NCBI GenBank assembly: GCA_021849805.1
Contig: JAJZSL010000003.1
Location: forward strand, 103,229 to 167,228
DNA length: 64,000 nucleotides
From: a bacterium
GTDB taxonomy: Bacteria; Verrucomicrobiota; Verrucomicrobiia; Chthoniobacterales; UBA6821
Direction: 5' to 3'
The notes under the pieces are model-generated. The model ran no database searches and was not told the origin of the DNA. It was given only the letters and a program-made list of their open reading frames with translations. Every line of letters starts with the position of its first letter. Position 1 is the stretch's first letter. This document shows, in pieces, positions 15,607-25,053 of this stretch. The translations under genes and the position numbers were made by a program.

Positions 15607-17088
15607 TTAGGAGAGTTTTTGGAGTAGAATTTCTCCAACAAGTGCCGGATTTGCTTTTCCTTGAGAAAGCTTCATCACCTGTCCTTTCAAGAAATTTAAT
15701 GCAGCACCTCTACCAGCTTTGAAGTCGGCAACCACTGTTGGATGAGCTTGGATAGCACTCTGACAAAAAGCTTCTAGAGCACCATGATCGCTGAGCTGCT
15801 GCATTCCTTGTTCTTCAATAATCTGAGATGGTTTTTGGGAGCTGATGATCATCTGGGCAAAAACTTCTTTTCCTTGACGTCCACTAATGATTCCTTGCTC
15901 TAGGAGCAAGAGCAATTCAACGAGATTTTCTGGAGTGATGGGTGATTGACGAAGGCTCAATGAAGCACTTCCCAGAGCACTAAGAAGGTCATTAATGATC
16001 CAATTGGCAAGAACTTTAGGACGAATTTTCTCTCCAGCTACCCTTTTGGCTTCTTCAAAGTAAGTCGCTAGAGCACGATCTTCCGTTAATACAGCAGCAT
16101 CGTAGGGAGTCAACTCATAGACCTCGATGAAGCGAGCACACTTTGCTTGAGGCAATTCGGGCATACGTTTTTTTGCTTCTAGAACTAATGCTTCGGTATG
16201 AATGGGTAGGAGGTCAGGATCAGGAAAATAGCGGTAGTCATGAGCTGATTCTTTCACACGCATAAGAACTGTTTGACCACGATCATCATCCCACCGACGT
16301 GTTTCCTGAGATAAGGTTTTACCAGCAGAGAGAAGATGAATTTGACGTTCAATTTCAAAACTCAAAGCACGACGAACACCACTGATGGTATTGAGGTTTT
16401 TGAGTTCAACTTTTGTACCAAATTTTTCTTCATCAGCAGGACGTACCGAGATGTTCACATCGCAGCGGAGTTGCCCTTTTTCCATGTCAGCATCACTGAT
16501 GTTTCCATAAATTAATATTTGACGTAGTGAGGTAAGATAAGCAAAAGCCTCTTCTGGTGAAGCAAGATCAGGCTCAGAAACAATTTCAATAAGAGGAGTC
16601 CCAGCTCGGTTGAAATCAATATTACTGGTTGTAGAAGTATGAAAGCTTTTAGCAACATCTTCCTCAAGATGAATACGAGTGAGTCGAATCTTCTTTTCTT
16701 GAGCAACTGCTGCAGATTTTTGAACATCTTTAGGATAAGCACGCTCGTAGAGCGGCACGGAACCTCGAAGACAGAGTGGCTGATCAAATTGTGAGATTTG
16801 ATAGTTTTTGGGCATGTCAGGATAAAAATAATTTTTCCGATCAAACTTACAAATAGCAGGAATCTCACAGGAGAGCATTAAACCTGCAAGTGTTGTCAAA
16901 TAGAGAGCTTCATGATTGATTGTAGGTAGAGCCCCTGGATGCCCCAAACAAACTGGGCAAACGTGAGTATTAGGCTGAGCTCCATACTCGAGGGCGCAGG
17001 AGCAAAACATTTTAGTCTTGGTCTTAAGCTGAGCATGAACTTCTAGTCCAATGGTGACTAGATAAGAGGAATGATCTGTTGAGTGCAC
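15607..17088 (-). CDS. gatB: Asp-tRNA(Asn)/Glu-tRNA(Gln) amidotransferase subunit B
   Basis: 493 aa. IGLEVHAQLKTKTKMFCSC, VCPVCLGHPGALP, LEEDVAKS and the C-terminal YqeY-like tail. Confidence 0.93.
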   Translation of the reverse strand: MHSTDHSSYLVTIGLEVHAQLKTKTKMFCSCALEYGAQPNTHVCPVCLGHPGALPTINHEALYLTTLAGLMLSCEIPAICKFDRKNYFYPDMPKNYQISQFDQPLCLRGSVPLYERAYPKDVQKSAAVAQEKKIRLTRIHLEEDVAKSFHTSTTSNIDFNRAGTPLIEIVSEPDLASPEEAFAYLTSLRQILIYGNISDADMEKGQLRCDVNISVRPADEEKFGTKVELKNLNTISGVRRALSFEIERQIHLLSAGKTLSQETRRWDDDRGQTVLMRVKESAHDYRYFPDPDLLPIHTEALVLEAKKRMPELPQAKCARFIEVYELTPYDAAVLTEDRALATYFEEAKRVAGEKIRPKVLANWIINDLLSALGSASLSLRQSPITPENLVELLLLLEQGIISGRQGKEVFAQMIISSQKPSQIIEEQGMQQLSDHGALEAFCQSAIQAHPTVVADFKAGRGAALNFLKGQVMKLSQGKANPALVGEILLQKLS

Positions 17089-17326
17089 GAAGAGGAAGAT
17101 TTTTCTAAATCAAATCTTTAGAGGGGTTTAAAAATTTCTAGAGCTCCACGTTGTGACGGCACTTCCGTGCTCTGTTAGTGGCACTTGATGAGCTAGAGTA
17201 AATTTTCGAATGCTTTTAAAGAATGGAGAACGTTTTATTGGAAAATTGAAAATTAGTAACAAAAGGCAGGTAGTAATTTTAGTGATTTTTTGATCTCCAG
17301 TTCAAATCAAAAGCAACTTTTTGGTC

Positions 17327-18184
17327 TCAATGATGAAGAGAAGTCGTTGTTTTTTCTGTTGCTTCCCGTAGTGCAGTCGAGAGATCAAAAGTTCTCATCG
17401 CTTGCCAGAGAGCAGGATCTCTCCAGGCAGATTGGATATTTTTGTTACTAAGAAGAAGGAAAATATTTCCTGTCGCGATAGCATTCTGCACACTAGGGTC
17501 AGCAAGAGCCTGTTTGAGAGAAGGTGTTGCCAGTAATTGCTGAGTACTCGAAGTATGGATGAAGCGCTTGATCTCTTCTGGATTGTGAAATAAGAGGATG
17601 CCTCTTTTAGTGTTCTCATAAAAGCGAGAGTTCCATGGATCACATTGAATCAACCAAGCTCCGGTTGTTCCTGACTCTAATGTTTTTCTTAATTCTACTA
17701 AATTGAAGAACAAGGAGTCCCTGATCGTTAGGGGGCCTCCTTTTAGAGAAGGAAGAGTTCTTTCCGTGAAAATTTCAAGATTTCGGATCAAGGAGATACC
17801 CCCACAGAGCAGAAGTAAGCCAAATAATAATCCACATCCTGCTCCACCTAGTCCAAAGAAGATACGCAAGAAGCCATGATAATGATCTGTTTTTTTGAAA
17901 AGGAGGCTTAAGAAAAAATTGATGATCATATAAAACCCAAGTCCAAGAGTTGCTCCCAGAAAGTTAGGAATTAGTGTTGAGGGATGCTGGTAGAAGAAGT
18001 GAAGCCCGAGACTGAGAGAAGAGGCAATACTTGAACCTAGAAACCAAGCAACGATGAGAGAAGCCAATTTTAGGAAACTTCGAATAAGCCCAAGGCGCCA
18101 TCCACGCCATGCTGCAAGAAGAAACCAAAGGAGAGCAAAGAAGAGCAGGTATACTTGACACTGAGTGGGCGATAGGAGAGTCAT
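17327..18184 (-). CDS. Membrane protein with a CvpA-like N-terminal domain
   Basis: About 4 N-terminal TM segments resemble the colicin V production (CvpA) family, followed by an uncharacterised ~140-aa soluble C-terminus. Confidence 0.4.
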   Translation of the reverse strand: MTLLSPTQCQVYLLFFALLWFLLAAWRGWRLGLIRSFLKLASLIVAWFLGSSIASSLSLGLHFFYQHPSTLIPNFLGATLGLGFYMIINFFLSLLFKKTDHYHGFLRIFFGLGGAGCGLLFGLLLLCGGISLIRNLEIFTERTLPSLKGGPLTIRDSLFFNLVELRKTLESGTTGAWLIQCDPWNSRFYENTKRGILLFHNPEEIKRFIHTSSTQQLLATPSLKQALADPSVQNAIATGNIFLLLSNKNIQSAWRDPALWQAMRTFDLSTALREATEKTTTSLHH

Positions 18185-18363
18185 GAAGGAGAGTGGTTCT
18201 TAGCTCTAGAGCAGGTCAAAAAATTTTCTGGCTATCCCTTGTGTTAGTTCATGCGCTCAAGTATTCTTTATTTACTGTAGCTCTCTACTCTTTCTTACTG
18301 AGGGAAGCGGGACTAGCGAGTTTTAAAACACTCTCACACTCATGAGCTGAGTGGTTGAAGGAA

Positions 18364-19962
18364 CTAGAAAGTTAGTTCTTCATTGGTCAGAGCATTGGTA
18401 ACAATGAATTTTTCTAGGTGAATTGTCGGATCAGCTCGAAAAGTAAGGCGGGCTAAATAGCGGCGCTGAATATCAGCTAATAGTTCATCATCTTCATGAC
18501 GCAAGCGATGGAGCAGTTCGGGGTGGACGATGACTTTGAATTCATGAATTTGGTCTTGATGTCTTTTCATTAAAACATGAAGAACACGTTGAAGTTCTAC
18601 ACTCATGGTCATGACGCTTTTAATGACTCCTTTGCCACTACAATAAGGACAGTAGGTATAGTGAGAACTGGAAATACTCTCCTGAGCGCGCTGTCGTGTC
18701 ATTTCCATGAGTCCTAAAGGAGAAATCGGGAGAACGTGCGTGCGTGCTTTGTCGCGCTTGAGGCGATCTTTCATCCGGTGGTAAACCGTCTGTTGGTCTT
18801 TGCGACTCTTCATATCAATGAAATCACAAATAATGAGTCCTCCAATATTACGAAGACGAAGTTGACGAGCAATTTCATCAACAGCTTCAAGATTTGTTTG
18901 TAGCAAGGTTTTCTCCATGTCCTTGCTTCCTTTATTGCGACCAGTATTCACATCAATAGTAATCATGGCCTCCGTTTCATCAATAACGAGGTATCCCCCA
19001 CAAGGTAGCCAGACTTGACGTAGAAATGCTTTATCAATCTGTTCCTGAACTCCAAAGTGATCAAAGATCGGTTTCGATCCACTGTAGTAGTGGATGAGTT
19101 TGCGAGCTCGTTTTGAAATCGGTGTTACCAGTGATTGCATTCGCTCTACTTCACTCAAATCATCAACATGGACTTCATCAATGCTATCGGTTAGAAAATC
19201 ACGAACCGTCCGTGCAATGAGATCAGGTTCTAGAATCAATGTCGTTGCAGCAGACTGATTCTTCATCCCCTCTTCAACACAACGCCATTGATCAAGTAAG
19301 AAATGGAGATCACGTACAAAAAAACGAGCCCTCTGTCCTTCTCCAGCTGTTCTAATGATGATTCCCATTCCTTCGGGCAACTCTAAATTCGTGAGAATCG
19401 TACGAAGACGAAGACGCTCTTTAGGATCCTCGATTTTTCGAGAAATACCACATTGATCATTAAAAGGCATGAGAACCATATAACGTCCAGCCAAGCTAAT
19501 ATTGGTAGTGACACGAGGACCTTTTGTCCCAATAGGCCCCTTGGTAACTTGGACCATCACTTCAGATCCAATCGGATAGATAGAGGGAATATCTTTTGCA
19601 GTGACTTTCTTCTTGGTATGGCGGTGATGCTGTGTTCTCTCGACAGCTTCAATACTATTATCTAGAGCAGCAGGAACAGCATCCCAAAAATGAAGAAACG
19701 CATTCTTTTCAAAACCAATATCAATAAACATTGCTTTGAGGCCATGCTCAATATTGCGCACTTTTCCTTTGAAAATACCTCCTACAATATTTCGATCACT
19801 ATCCCTTTCGATGGAATATTCTTCTAGTAGACCATTTTCGAGGAGAGCAACTCGTTTTTCAAGTTTCTCAGCACTAACAATAAGTTTGATTTGAGGTTCT
19901 TTTTTGTTAACACCTAAGAAATTTTTAATGTTATCGATAATTTTCAAAATAGTAAGAGCCAT
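18364..19962 (-). CDS. rng: Ribonuclease G/E family endoribonuclease
   Basis: 532 aa. S1 domain GGIFKGKVRNIEHGLKAMFIDIGFEKNAFLH, catalytic core ITIDVNTG and GGLIICDFIDM, and the zinc-link CPYCSGKG. Confidence 0.88.
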   Translation of the reverse strand: MALTILKIIDNIKNFLGVNKKEPQIKLIVSAEKLEKRVALLENGLLEEYSIERDSDRNIVGGIFKGKVRNIEHGLKAMFIDIGFEKNAFLHFWDAVPAALDNSIEAVERTQHHRHTKKKVTAKDIPSIYPIGSEVMVQVTKGPIGTKGPRVTTNISLAGRYMVLMPFNDQCGISRKIEDPKERLRLRTILTNLELPEGMGIIIRTAGEGQRARFFVRDLHFLLDQWRCVEEGMKNQSAATTLILEPDLIARTVRDFLTDSIDEVHVDDLSEVERMQSLVTPISKRARKLIHYYSGSKPIFDHFGVQEQIDKAFLRQVWLPCGGYLVIDETEAMITIDVNTGRNKGSKDMEKTLLQTNLEAVDEIARQLRLRNIGGLIICDFIDMKSRKDQQTVYHRMKDRLKRDKARTHVLPISPLGLMEMTRQRAQESISSSHYTYCPYCSGKGVIKSVMTMSVELQRVLHVLMKRHQDQIHEFKVIVHPELLHRLRHEDDELLADIQRRYLARLTFRADPTIHLEKFIVTNALTNEELTF

Positions 19963-19992
19963 GGAGGGATGGCAGTTGGAGGTGGAAATAGT

Positions 19993-20014
19993 AAAAACGA
20001 GTAAGTTTTACTCG
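19993..20014 (-). terminator. Weak intrinsic-terminator-like hairpin between mrdA and rng (7-bp stem, 3-nt loop, T5 on the minus strand)
   Basis: The plus strand reads aaaaa-cgagtaa-gtt-ttactcg at 19993-20014. On the minus strand the hairpin is followed by TTTTT. It lies 30 nt upstream of the rng start. Confidence 0.3.
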
Positions 20015-20161
20015 AGGCAGCCTCTATAGTCAAATTACTTAGAAACTCCATAGCATATGCTTGATATGAGTGAACCTAAAAACGTAAATAAAAAAATCTG
20101 ACGCAATATATAATCAAGTTGTATCATCAAAAAAGCTCCAGGAGCAGATGATGCAGTAAGA

Positions 20162-22360
20162 TTATTTTTTGGGTGTTGCTGATCGACCACCACTTAAAAA
20201 TTTAAAAAATTTTCCAAGAGTTCCTGGTTCTAGTGGTTTGTTTTTGACGCGCCCTTGAACATCAGAATCATCGCTAATATCAGGAGTTGTTTCATTTTCA
20301 TGAGAAGATTCTGGTGTTTTGCCCTCTTGAAGAGGTGCATCAGCAGGCTCTATATCAGGACCGTAGGAAGTAGGTGATGAAAGATGAAAATCAATACTAG
20401 AAATATGATTAAAATTACCTACAGCAGGCTCTAGAAAAGACAATGGAATTTCTTTTCCTGCTTCCATAGCAAAAATTTCTTCTAATACTTTGGCAGCAAG
20501 AGGAGCAGCAACAACTCCTCCTGATTTGGCTCCTTGCACGAGTGTAATAATGACATATCTAGGATGGTCATAGGGAGCAAAGCCAAGAAACCATGTGTGA
20601 TTGTCCTTAAGATGACCTCGCCAGAACTGTGCAGTTCCTGTTTTTCCGGCTACAATATTCTTCTCAAGACGAGCTTTACGAGCAGTTCCTCCATCTTCAT
20701 TAACAACTTTCCACATTCCTAAGCGGACCTGCTCGAATTGTTCATCACTAAATCCTCCTTCTTTTTTGAAGTCACTTCGAATGACTGTTGGCTCTTGCTC
20801 AAGAATGCTCCCATCTTGAGCCACCACTTTTTCTACAAGTCGTGGTTGGTAGTAGGTTCCCCCGTTGGCCACTGTGGCTCCAAGGAGTGCCATTTGTAGT
20901 GGTGTTGTGAGAACAAATCCTTGACCAATGGAGGCATTAGCTGTGTAACCTGCACTCCAGTGTTCATTAGGAGCGTGGGTGGCTAGCCAAGCAGGTCCTG
21001 GCAGTACACCTGATGCTTCATTATTAAGTGGGACTCCCGTTCGTTGACCAAGACCAAGCATTGTCCCTATAGCATCAATTTGATCAATGCCAGCAGCATT
21101 TCCATATTGATAGAAAAAGCAATTGCATGATTTCTTCAGGGCATCACTCAAGTGGAGGGTCCCGTGTGGAGGAAGAGGGGGTTTAGCAGTCATGACCCAA
21201 CATTTCATAAACTTATCGCCATACCAAACTCCCCCTGTACAGGTAAATTCATGATTGCCAACGCCAGCTCGAATCCCTGCAAAGGATGTACATAATTTGA
21301 AAATGGAACCTGGAGCATATGCATTTAAGGCCCGGTTGCTTAGGGGATCAGTTGGATCATGGATGAGGGCTTCCCAATCTCGTTTTGAAATAGTAGGGAC
21401 AAATTTATTAGGATCAAAGGAAGGAACCGATGCCATTGCTAGAATATCGCCATTATTGGGATCGAGAATCACCATGGCTCCACGACCCACAACACGTAAT
21501 GCTTTTTCTACAATGTATTGAATGCGTGCATCAATGGTGAGGTAGATATTAGCTCCTTGTTGAGGTTGAACGCGCTCTTCTTCTTTTTCAATAGTTCCAT
21601 GGGCATTACGCTGAAGGATACGTTGGCCTGGAGTGCCTCGAAGCATCTTATCGTAGGCTAACTCGATTTGAGCTCTTCCAACAATATCAGGTTCATAAAA
21701 ATTGAATTGAGTGGCTTCTTGAGAATCGAGATTGGTAGGGAGTCCTACATATCCAAAAAGATGAGAAGCAAGCGACCCGTAGATGTAGTTTCTAATGGGC
21801 TTTAAGGTTACATTGACTCCTGGAAGATTAATGCTATTTTCACAAAAGCGAGCCATTGTCTCAAAGTTGAGATCTTGTCGATAGGTAAAAGGAACTTCTT
21901 TATTGTAACGATAATGGCGCTGTAACTTGTGTGTGTTATAGTCAGAAGCAAGCCCTAGCTTCTCGAGGTGAGGAATCACGGAAGTTTGGATGATCTTAAT
22001 AATATCGGCTTCTTCTCTATCAACGGGCATTCCATGTTCAAGAGTACGATAATGGAGTAGCGGGAGACTCCCCTCTTTTTCTTTGTATGCTCTGACGATA
22101 TCAGGCAAGTAGAAATCGACTTGTAGGCTTGCACGATTTTCTACAAGTGGAACTCCGTAGCGATCGTAGATTTCTCCTCGAAGGGCAGGAACTCGGACAG
22201 TCCATTGAGAACTTTCTTTAATCTTGGCTTTGTATTGATCATAACAAAAGAGCTGCACATACCAGAGACGTGCTAGTAAAATAGAGAAAGCAGCAAGAAC
22301 GATTCCTGATAGAAAAAAGATCTGACGTGTAGCGATTGACTCTTTTTTTTTGAGCATCAA
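20162..22360 (-). CDS. mrdA: Penicillin-binding protein 2 (elongasome transpeptidase)
   Basis: 732 aa. N-terminal TM anchor, SxxK (GSIFKL), SxN (KKSCN) and KTG (GKTGTAQ). The ~90-aa C-terminal tail is acidic and low-complexity. It follows mreBCD. Confidence 0.9.
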   Translation of the reverse strand: MMLKKKESIATRQIFFLSGIVLAAFSILLARLWYVQLFCYDQYKAKIKESSQWTVRVPALRGEIYDRYGVPLVENRASLQVDFYLPDIVRAYKEKEGSLPLLHYRTLEHGMPVDREEADIIKIIQTSVIPHLEKLGLASDYNTHKLQRHYRYNKEVPFTYRQDLNFETMARFCENSINLPGVNVTLKPIRNYIYGSLASHLFGYVGLPTNLDSQEATQFNFYEPDIVGRAQIELAYDKMLRGTPGQRILQRNAHGTIEKEEERVQPQQGANIYLTIDARIQYIVEKALRVVGRGAMVILDPNNGDILAMASVPSFDPNKFVPTISKRDWEALIHDPTDPLSNRALNAYAPGSIFKLCTSFAGIRAGVGNHEFTCTGGVWYGDKFMKCWVMTAKPPLPPHGTLHLSDALKKSCNCFFYQYGNAAGIDQIDAIGTMLGLGQRTGVPLNNEASGVLPGPAWLATHAPNEHWSAGYTANASIGQGFVLTTPLQMALLGATVANGGTYYQPRLVEKVVAQDGSILEQEPTVIRSDFKKEGGFSDEQFEQVRLGMWKVVNEDGGTARKARLEKNIVAGKTGTAQFWRGHLKDNHTWFLGFAPYDHPRYVIITLVQGAKSGGVVAAPLAAKVLEEIFAMEAGKEIPLSFLEPAVGNFNHISSIDFHLSSPTSYGPDIEPADAPLQEGKTPESSHENETTPDISDDSDVQGRVKNKPLEPGTLGKFFKFLSGGRSATPKK

Positions 22361-22905
22361 TAGGGAGCAGGATAGTGAGAAGAAGTTTTTCTAAACAAAG
22401 AGAATAAGAGTTCTAGTAATCCATAAAGAAGGGGAGCTAGAATCAGAACAAGAGCAGCTGGAAGAAAAGAGAAAAGAAAAAAAGATCCATTAATAAAAAA
22501 GTCTCCTCGATAAAAAGAAAGGAGGAAAAATTCTCCAGCAAGAAAGGTCATGGTACAAAATCCGCTTGCTAACGTGTGAAGTTCCCAGCGAATTCCATGG
22601 GTGAACTCACGGAAGAGTTGAAGAAGAAAAGCCCAAATTAGGAAAAAGAAAATAAACCATCCCAAGGAAATTTCCGCAATTCCTGCTTGAAAATGAACAA
22701 CCATGAGTCCTACTAAGCAGCCAGTGAGGATTCCGAAAAAAAGAGCTTCTAGAAAGGATAATGTGAGTGCAGTAAAAGAAAAAACGATAGGAAAGAGAAA
22801 AAGGTGAGCTTCTCCGAGAAAACTAAGAGGAGGCATCACTTCTTCAAGCATTAAGGAAATAAGTAGAAGAAAAAAAAGGAGGAGGAAGCAGGAGAGTGTT
22901 TTCAT
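22357..22905 (-). CDS. mreD: Rod shape-determining protein MreD (by position and topology)
   Basis: 182-aa polytopic membrane protein between mreC and mrdA. There is a 4-nt overlap with the mrdA start. Confidence 0.6.
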   Translation of the reverse strand: MKTLSCFLLLFFLLLISLMLEEVMPPLSFLGEAHLFLFPIVFSFTALTLSFLEALFFGILTGCLVGLMVVHFQAGIAEISLGWFIFFFLIWAFLLQLFREFTHGIRWELHTLASGFCTMTFLAGEFFLLSFYRGDFFINGSFFLFSFLPAALVLILAPLLYGLLELLFSLFRKTSSHYPAPY

Positions 22906-22995
22906 GATTAGGAAGCTAGAAGAGCGTAGAGACTTCTATGGAAAAATTTTCTAATCAAGACGACAAATAATGCAGGTATAAGCTCCGTAGCAGTA

Positions 22996-23802
22996 TTACT
23001 GTTTTGACCCAATAATAACAAAAACATGCTCTAAGTTATTGAAATCAACTGCTGGTTCAATGATAGCTTGAGCATCAAGTTCACGAAGGTGAAAACTTTT
23101 TACTCGTCCAATTTCAATGCCTGAAGGAAAAATACCACCGCTGACTCCTGCCGTATAAACTTTTTGACCTTCCTGTAAATTGGCTAGTTTGCTTAAAAAT
23201 GCCAGTTCTACTTCTCCTGTGGGAATACGAAATCCACGACAAATTCCTTGATCAGAAGTTCCTTCTACTTTGGAAGCAACACTGCAAGTTTCATCGGTAA
23301 TAAGCAGAACTGTTGTCATCATAGGGGTGACGACACTTGTTTTGCCAACAAGACCATCTTCTGTGACTACTGGCATGTCGATTTTCAGGCCATGAAGAGA
23401 TCCTTGATCAATATAAATACTCCTCCACCAGGTACTATTCTCACGACCGATGATGCTTGCAGGCAGAAGCTCAAATGCAGAATGATCTCGATATTCTAAA
23501 GATTGACGTAGTTGATGGTTCTCTTCCTCGGCAGCATGGAGAACTTGATTTTCTGCTTTGAGTTTTTGGTTTTCTAGAACCAACGTACGATTGTTTGTTT
23601 CTAGCTGACGAAGTGTCATGCGATGGTATGTCCACTCCTTCCAGCTTTTTTTACAAAATGAAGAGAAATAAAAAACGGGAGAGAGTACCGTGAAAAGTTT
23701 TTCCTGAGCTTGTTGAAGAAGAGGGGCTTTTAAAGCAGAGAGCGCAATAGAGCATGCCACCAGTAGAACAAAGAAAAGAAAACGAGAGCGGAGCATCATC
23801 AT
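22996..23802 (-). CDS. mreC: Rod shape-determining protein MreC
   Basis: 268 aa with an N-terminal TM, a coiled-coil (LENQKLKAENQVL) and beta-barrel domain motifs (PVVTEDGLVGKT, YTAGVSGGIFPSGIEIGRV). Confidence 0.8.
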   Translation of the reverse strand: MMMLRSRFLFFVLLVACSIALSALKAPLLQQAQEKLFTVLSPVFYFSSFCKKSWKEWTYHRMTLRQLETNNRTLVLENQKLKAENQVLHAAEEENHQLRQSLEYRDHSAFELLPASIIGRENSTWWRSIYIDQGSLHGLKIDMPVVTEDGLVGKTSVVTPMMTTVLLITDETCSVASKVEGTSDQGICRGFRIPTGEVELAFLSKLANLQEGQKVYTAGVSGGIFPSGIEIGRVKSFHLRELDAQAIIEPAVDFNNLEHVFVIIGSKQ

Positions 23803-23889
23803 GAATCTAAAGAATGCTAAAAAGCTTTTTCAATCTTCTGCTCAGCAATAGAAAGTAGATAACGTCTGCTTTCTCAAAGGCAGCACGTT

Positions 23890-24945
23890 CTAAAAACGGA
23901 CTCGATCTTGCGATGCTACGGCACGCAAAAAATTGATTTCTTCCAGGGCCCGTCCTGTTCCTTTGACAACAGCACTTAGTGGATCTTCTGCAACATGGAC
24001 CGGTAATGCTGTTTCCTGAGCAATCAAAGTATCTAGCCCGCGCAGTAGAGCGCCACCACCTGCAAGGACAACACCATGGTCAACAAGATCTGCTGAAAGT
24101 TCAGGAGGACATCGCTCTAGTGTAATACGAACAGCAGCCACAATTGTTGAAACCGGCTCCATGAGAGCTTCACGAATTTCCTTAGAAGAAATGGTTACGG
24201 TTTTGGGAAGACCTGCAACTAAATCTCGACCTTTCACATCCATGACCATTTCTTTTTCTAGAGGAGATGCAGAGCCAATTTGTAGCTTGATATCTTCTGC
24301 TGTTCTCTCGCCAATGAGTACGTTGTAAGCACGTTTGATATGATTAATAATGGCTTCATCGAGTTCATCACCAGCAACACGAACACTTCGACTAAAAACA
24401 ATTCCTGCAAGCGAGATAATAGCAACTTCGGTTGTTCCTCCTCCAATATCAATAATCATATTGGCTGCAGGATCAGTGACAGGAAGACCGACTCCAATAG
24501 CGGCAGCCATTGGTTCTTCAATCAAAAAAACTTCTCGTGCTCCTGCATGAAGTCCAGAATCTTTAACAGCACGTTTCTCCACTTCAGTAATTCCGCTTGG
24601 AACAGCAATCAGCACACGGGGGCGAATGAGGCAGCGCGATCCATGAGCCTTTGTAATAAAATGACGAAGCATAGCTTCGGTGATTTCAAAATCAGCAATG
24701 ACTCCATCTTTAAGAGGCCGTATGGCTGTAATACTCCCTGGTGTTCTTCCAAGCATGCGCTTGGCTTCATCTCCAACAGCTAGTACATGCATTGTTCCTG
24801 CCTTGACTGCTACAATAGAAGGTTCTCGAAGGACAACGCCATGATCTTTAAGGTAGACAAGAGTATTTGCTGTACCTAAATCGATTCCAATATCAGTGGA
24901 GAAAAAACTTAATAGTTTGGCAGAAATTGTTGAGAAGAAGCTCAT
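23890..24945 (-). CDS. mreB: Actin-like rod shape-determining protein MreB
   Basis: 351 aa. DIGIDLGTANTLVY, DIGGGTTEVAIISL and VLAGGGALLRGLD. Confidence 0.95.
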   Translation of the reverse strand: MSFFSTISAKLLSFFSTDIGIDLGTANTLVYLKDHGVVLREPSIVAVKAGTMHVLAVGDEAKRMLGRTPGSITAIRPLKDGVIADFEITEAMLRHFITKAHGSRCLIRPRVLIAVPSGITEVEKRAVKDSGLHAGAREVFLIEEPMAAAIGVGLPVTDPAANMIIDIGGGTTEVAIISLAGIVFSRSVRVAGDELDEAIINHIKRAYNVLIGERTAEDIKLQIGSASPLEKEMVMDVKGRDLVAGLPKTVTISSKEIREALMEPVSTIVAAVRITLERCPPELSADLVDHGVVLAGGGALLRGLDTLIAQETALPVHVAEDPLSAVVKGTGRALEEINFLRAVASQDRVRF

Positions 24946-25053
24946 GGGAAAATTAGAGATTTTTTAAAACAAAAAAGCGTGATAACGAAAAATCCAACAA
25001 TGCCTATAAAACCACTTGGAAGCAAGCCTTCCTTCCATTAAGTTCCTTTTTTT

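Noticed and set aside
24340-24783. Long ORFs antisense to, or in alternative frames of, well-conserved genes. Examples: 24340..24783 opposite mreB; 47777..48157 and 47962..48345 opposite rplN/rplX; 16512..16868 inside gatB; 25747..26175 opposite the MCE gene; 3949..4320 opposite DUF971; 11620..11952.
   Set aside because: Each lies entirely within, or mostly over, a gene with strong family motifs on the other frame or strand. Their translations are low-complexity with no recognisable motifs. They are shadow ORFs typical of this base composition.
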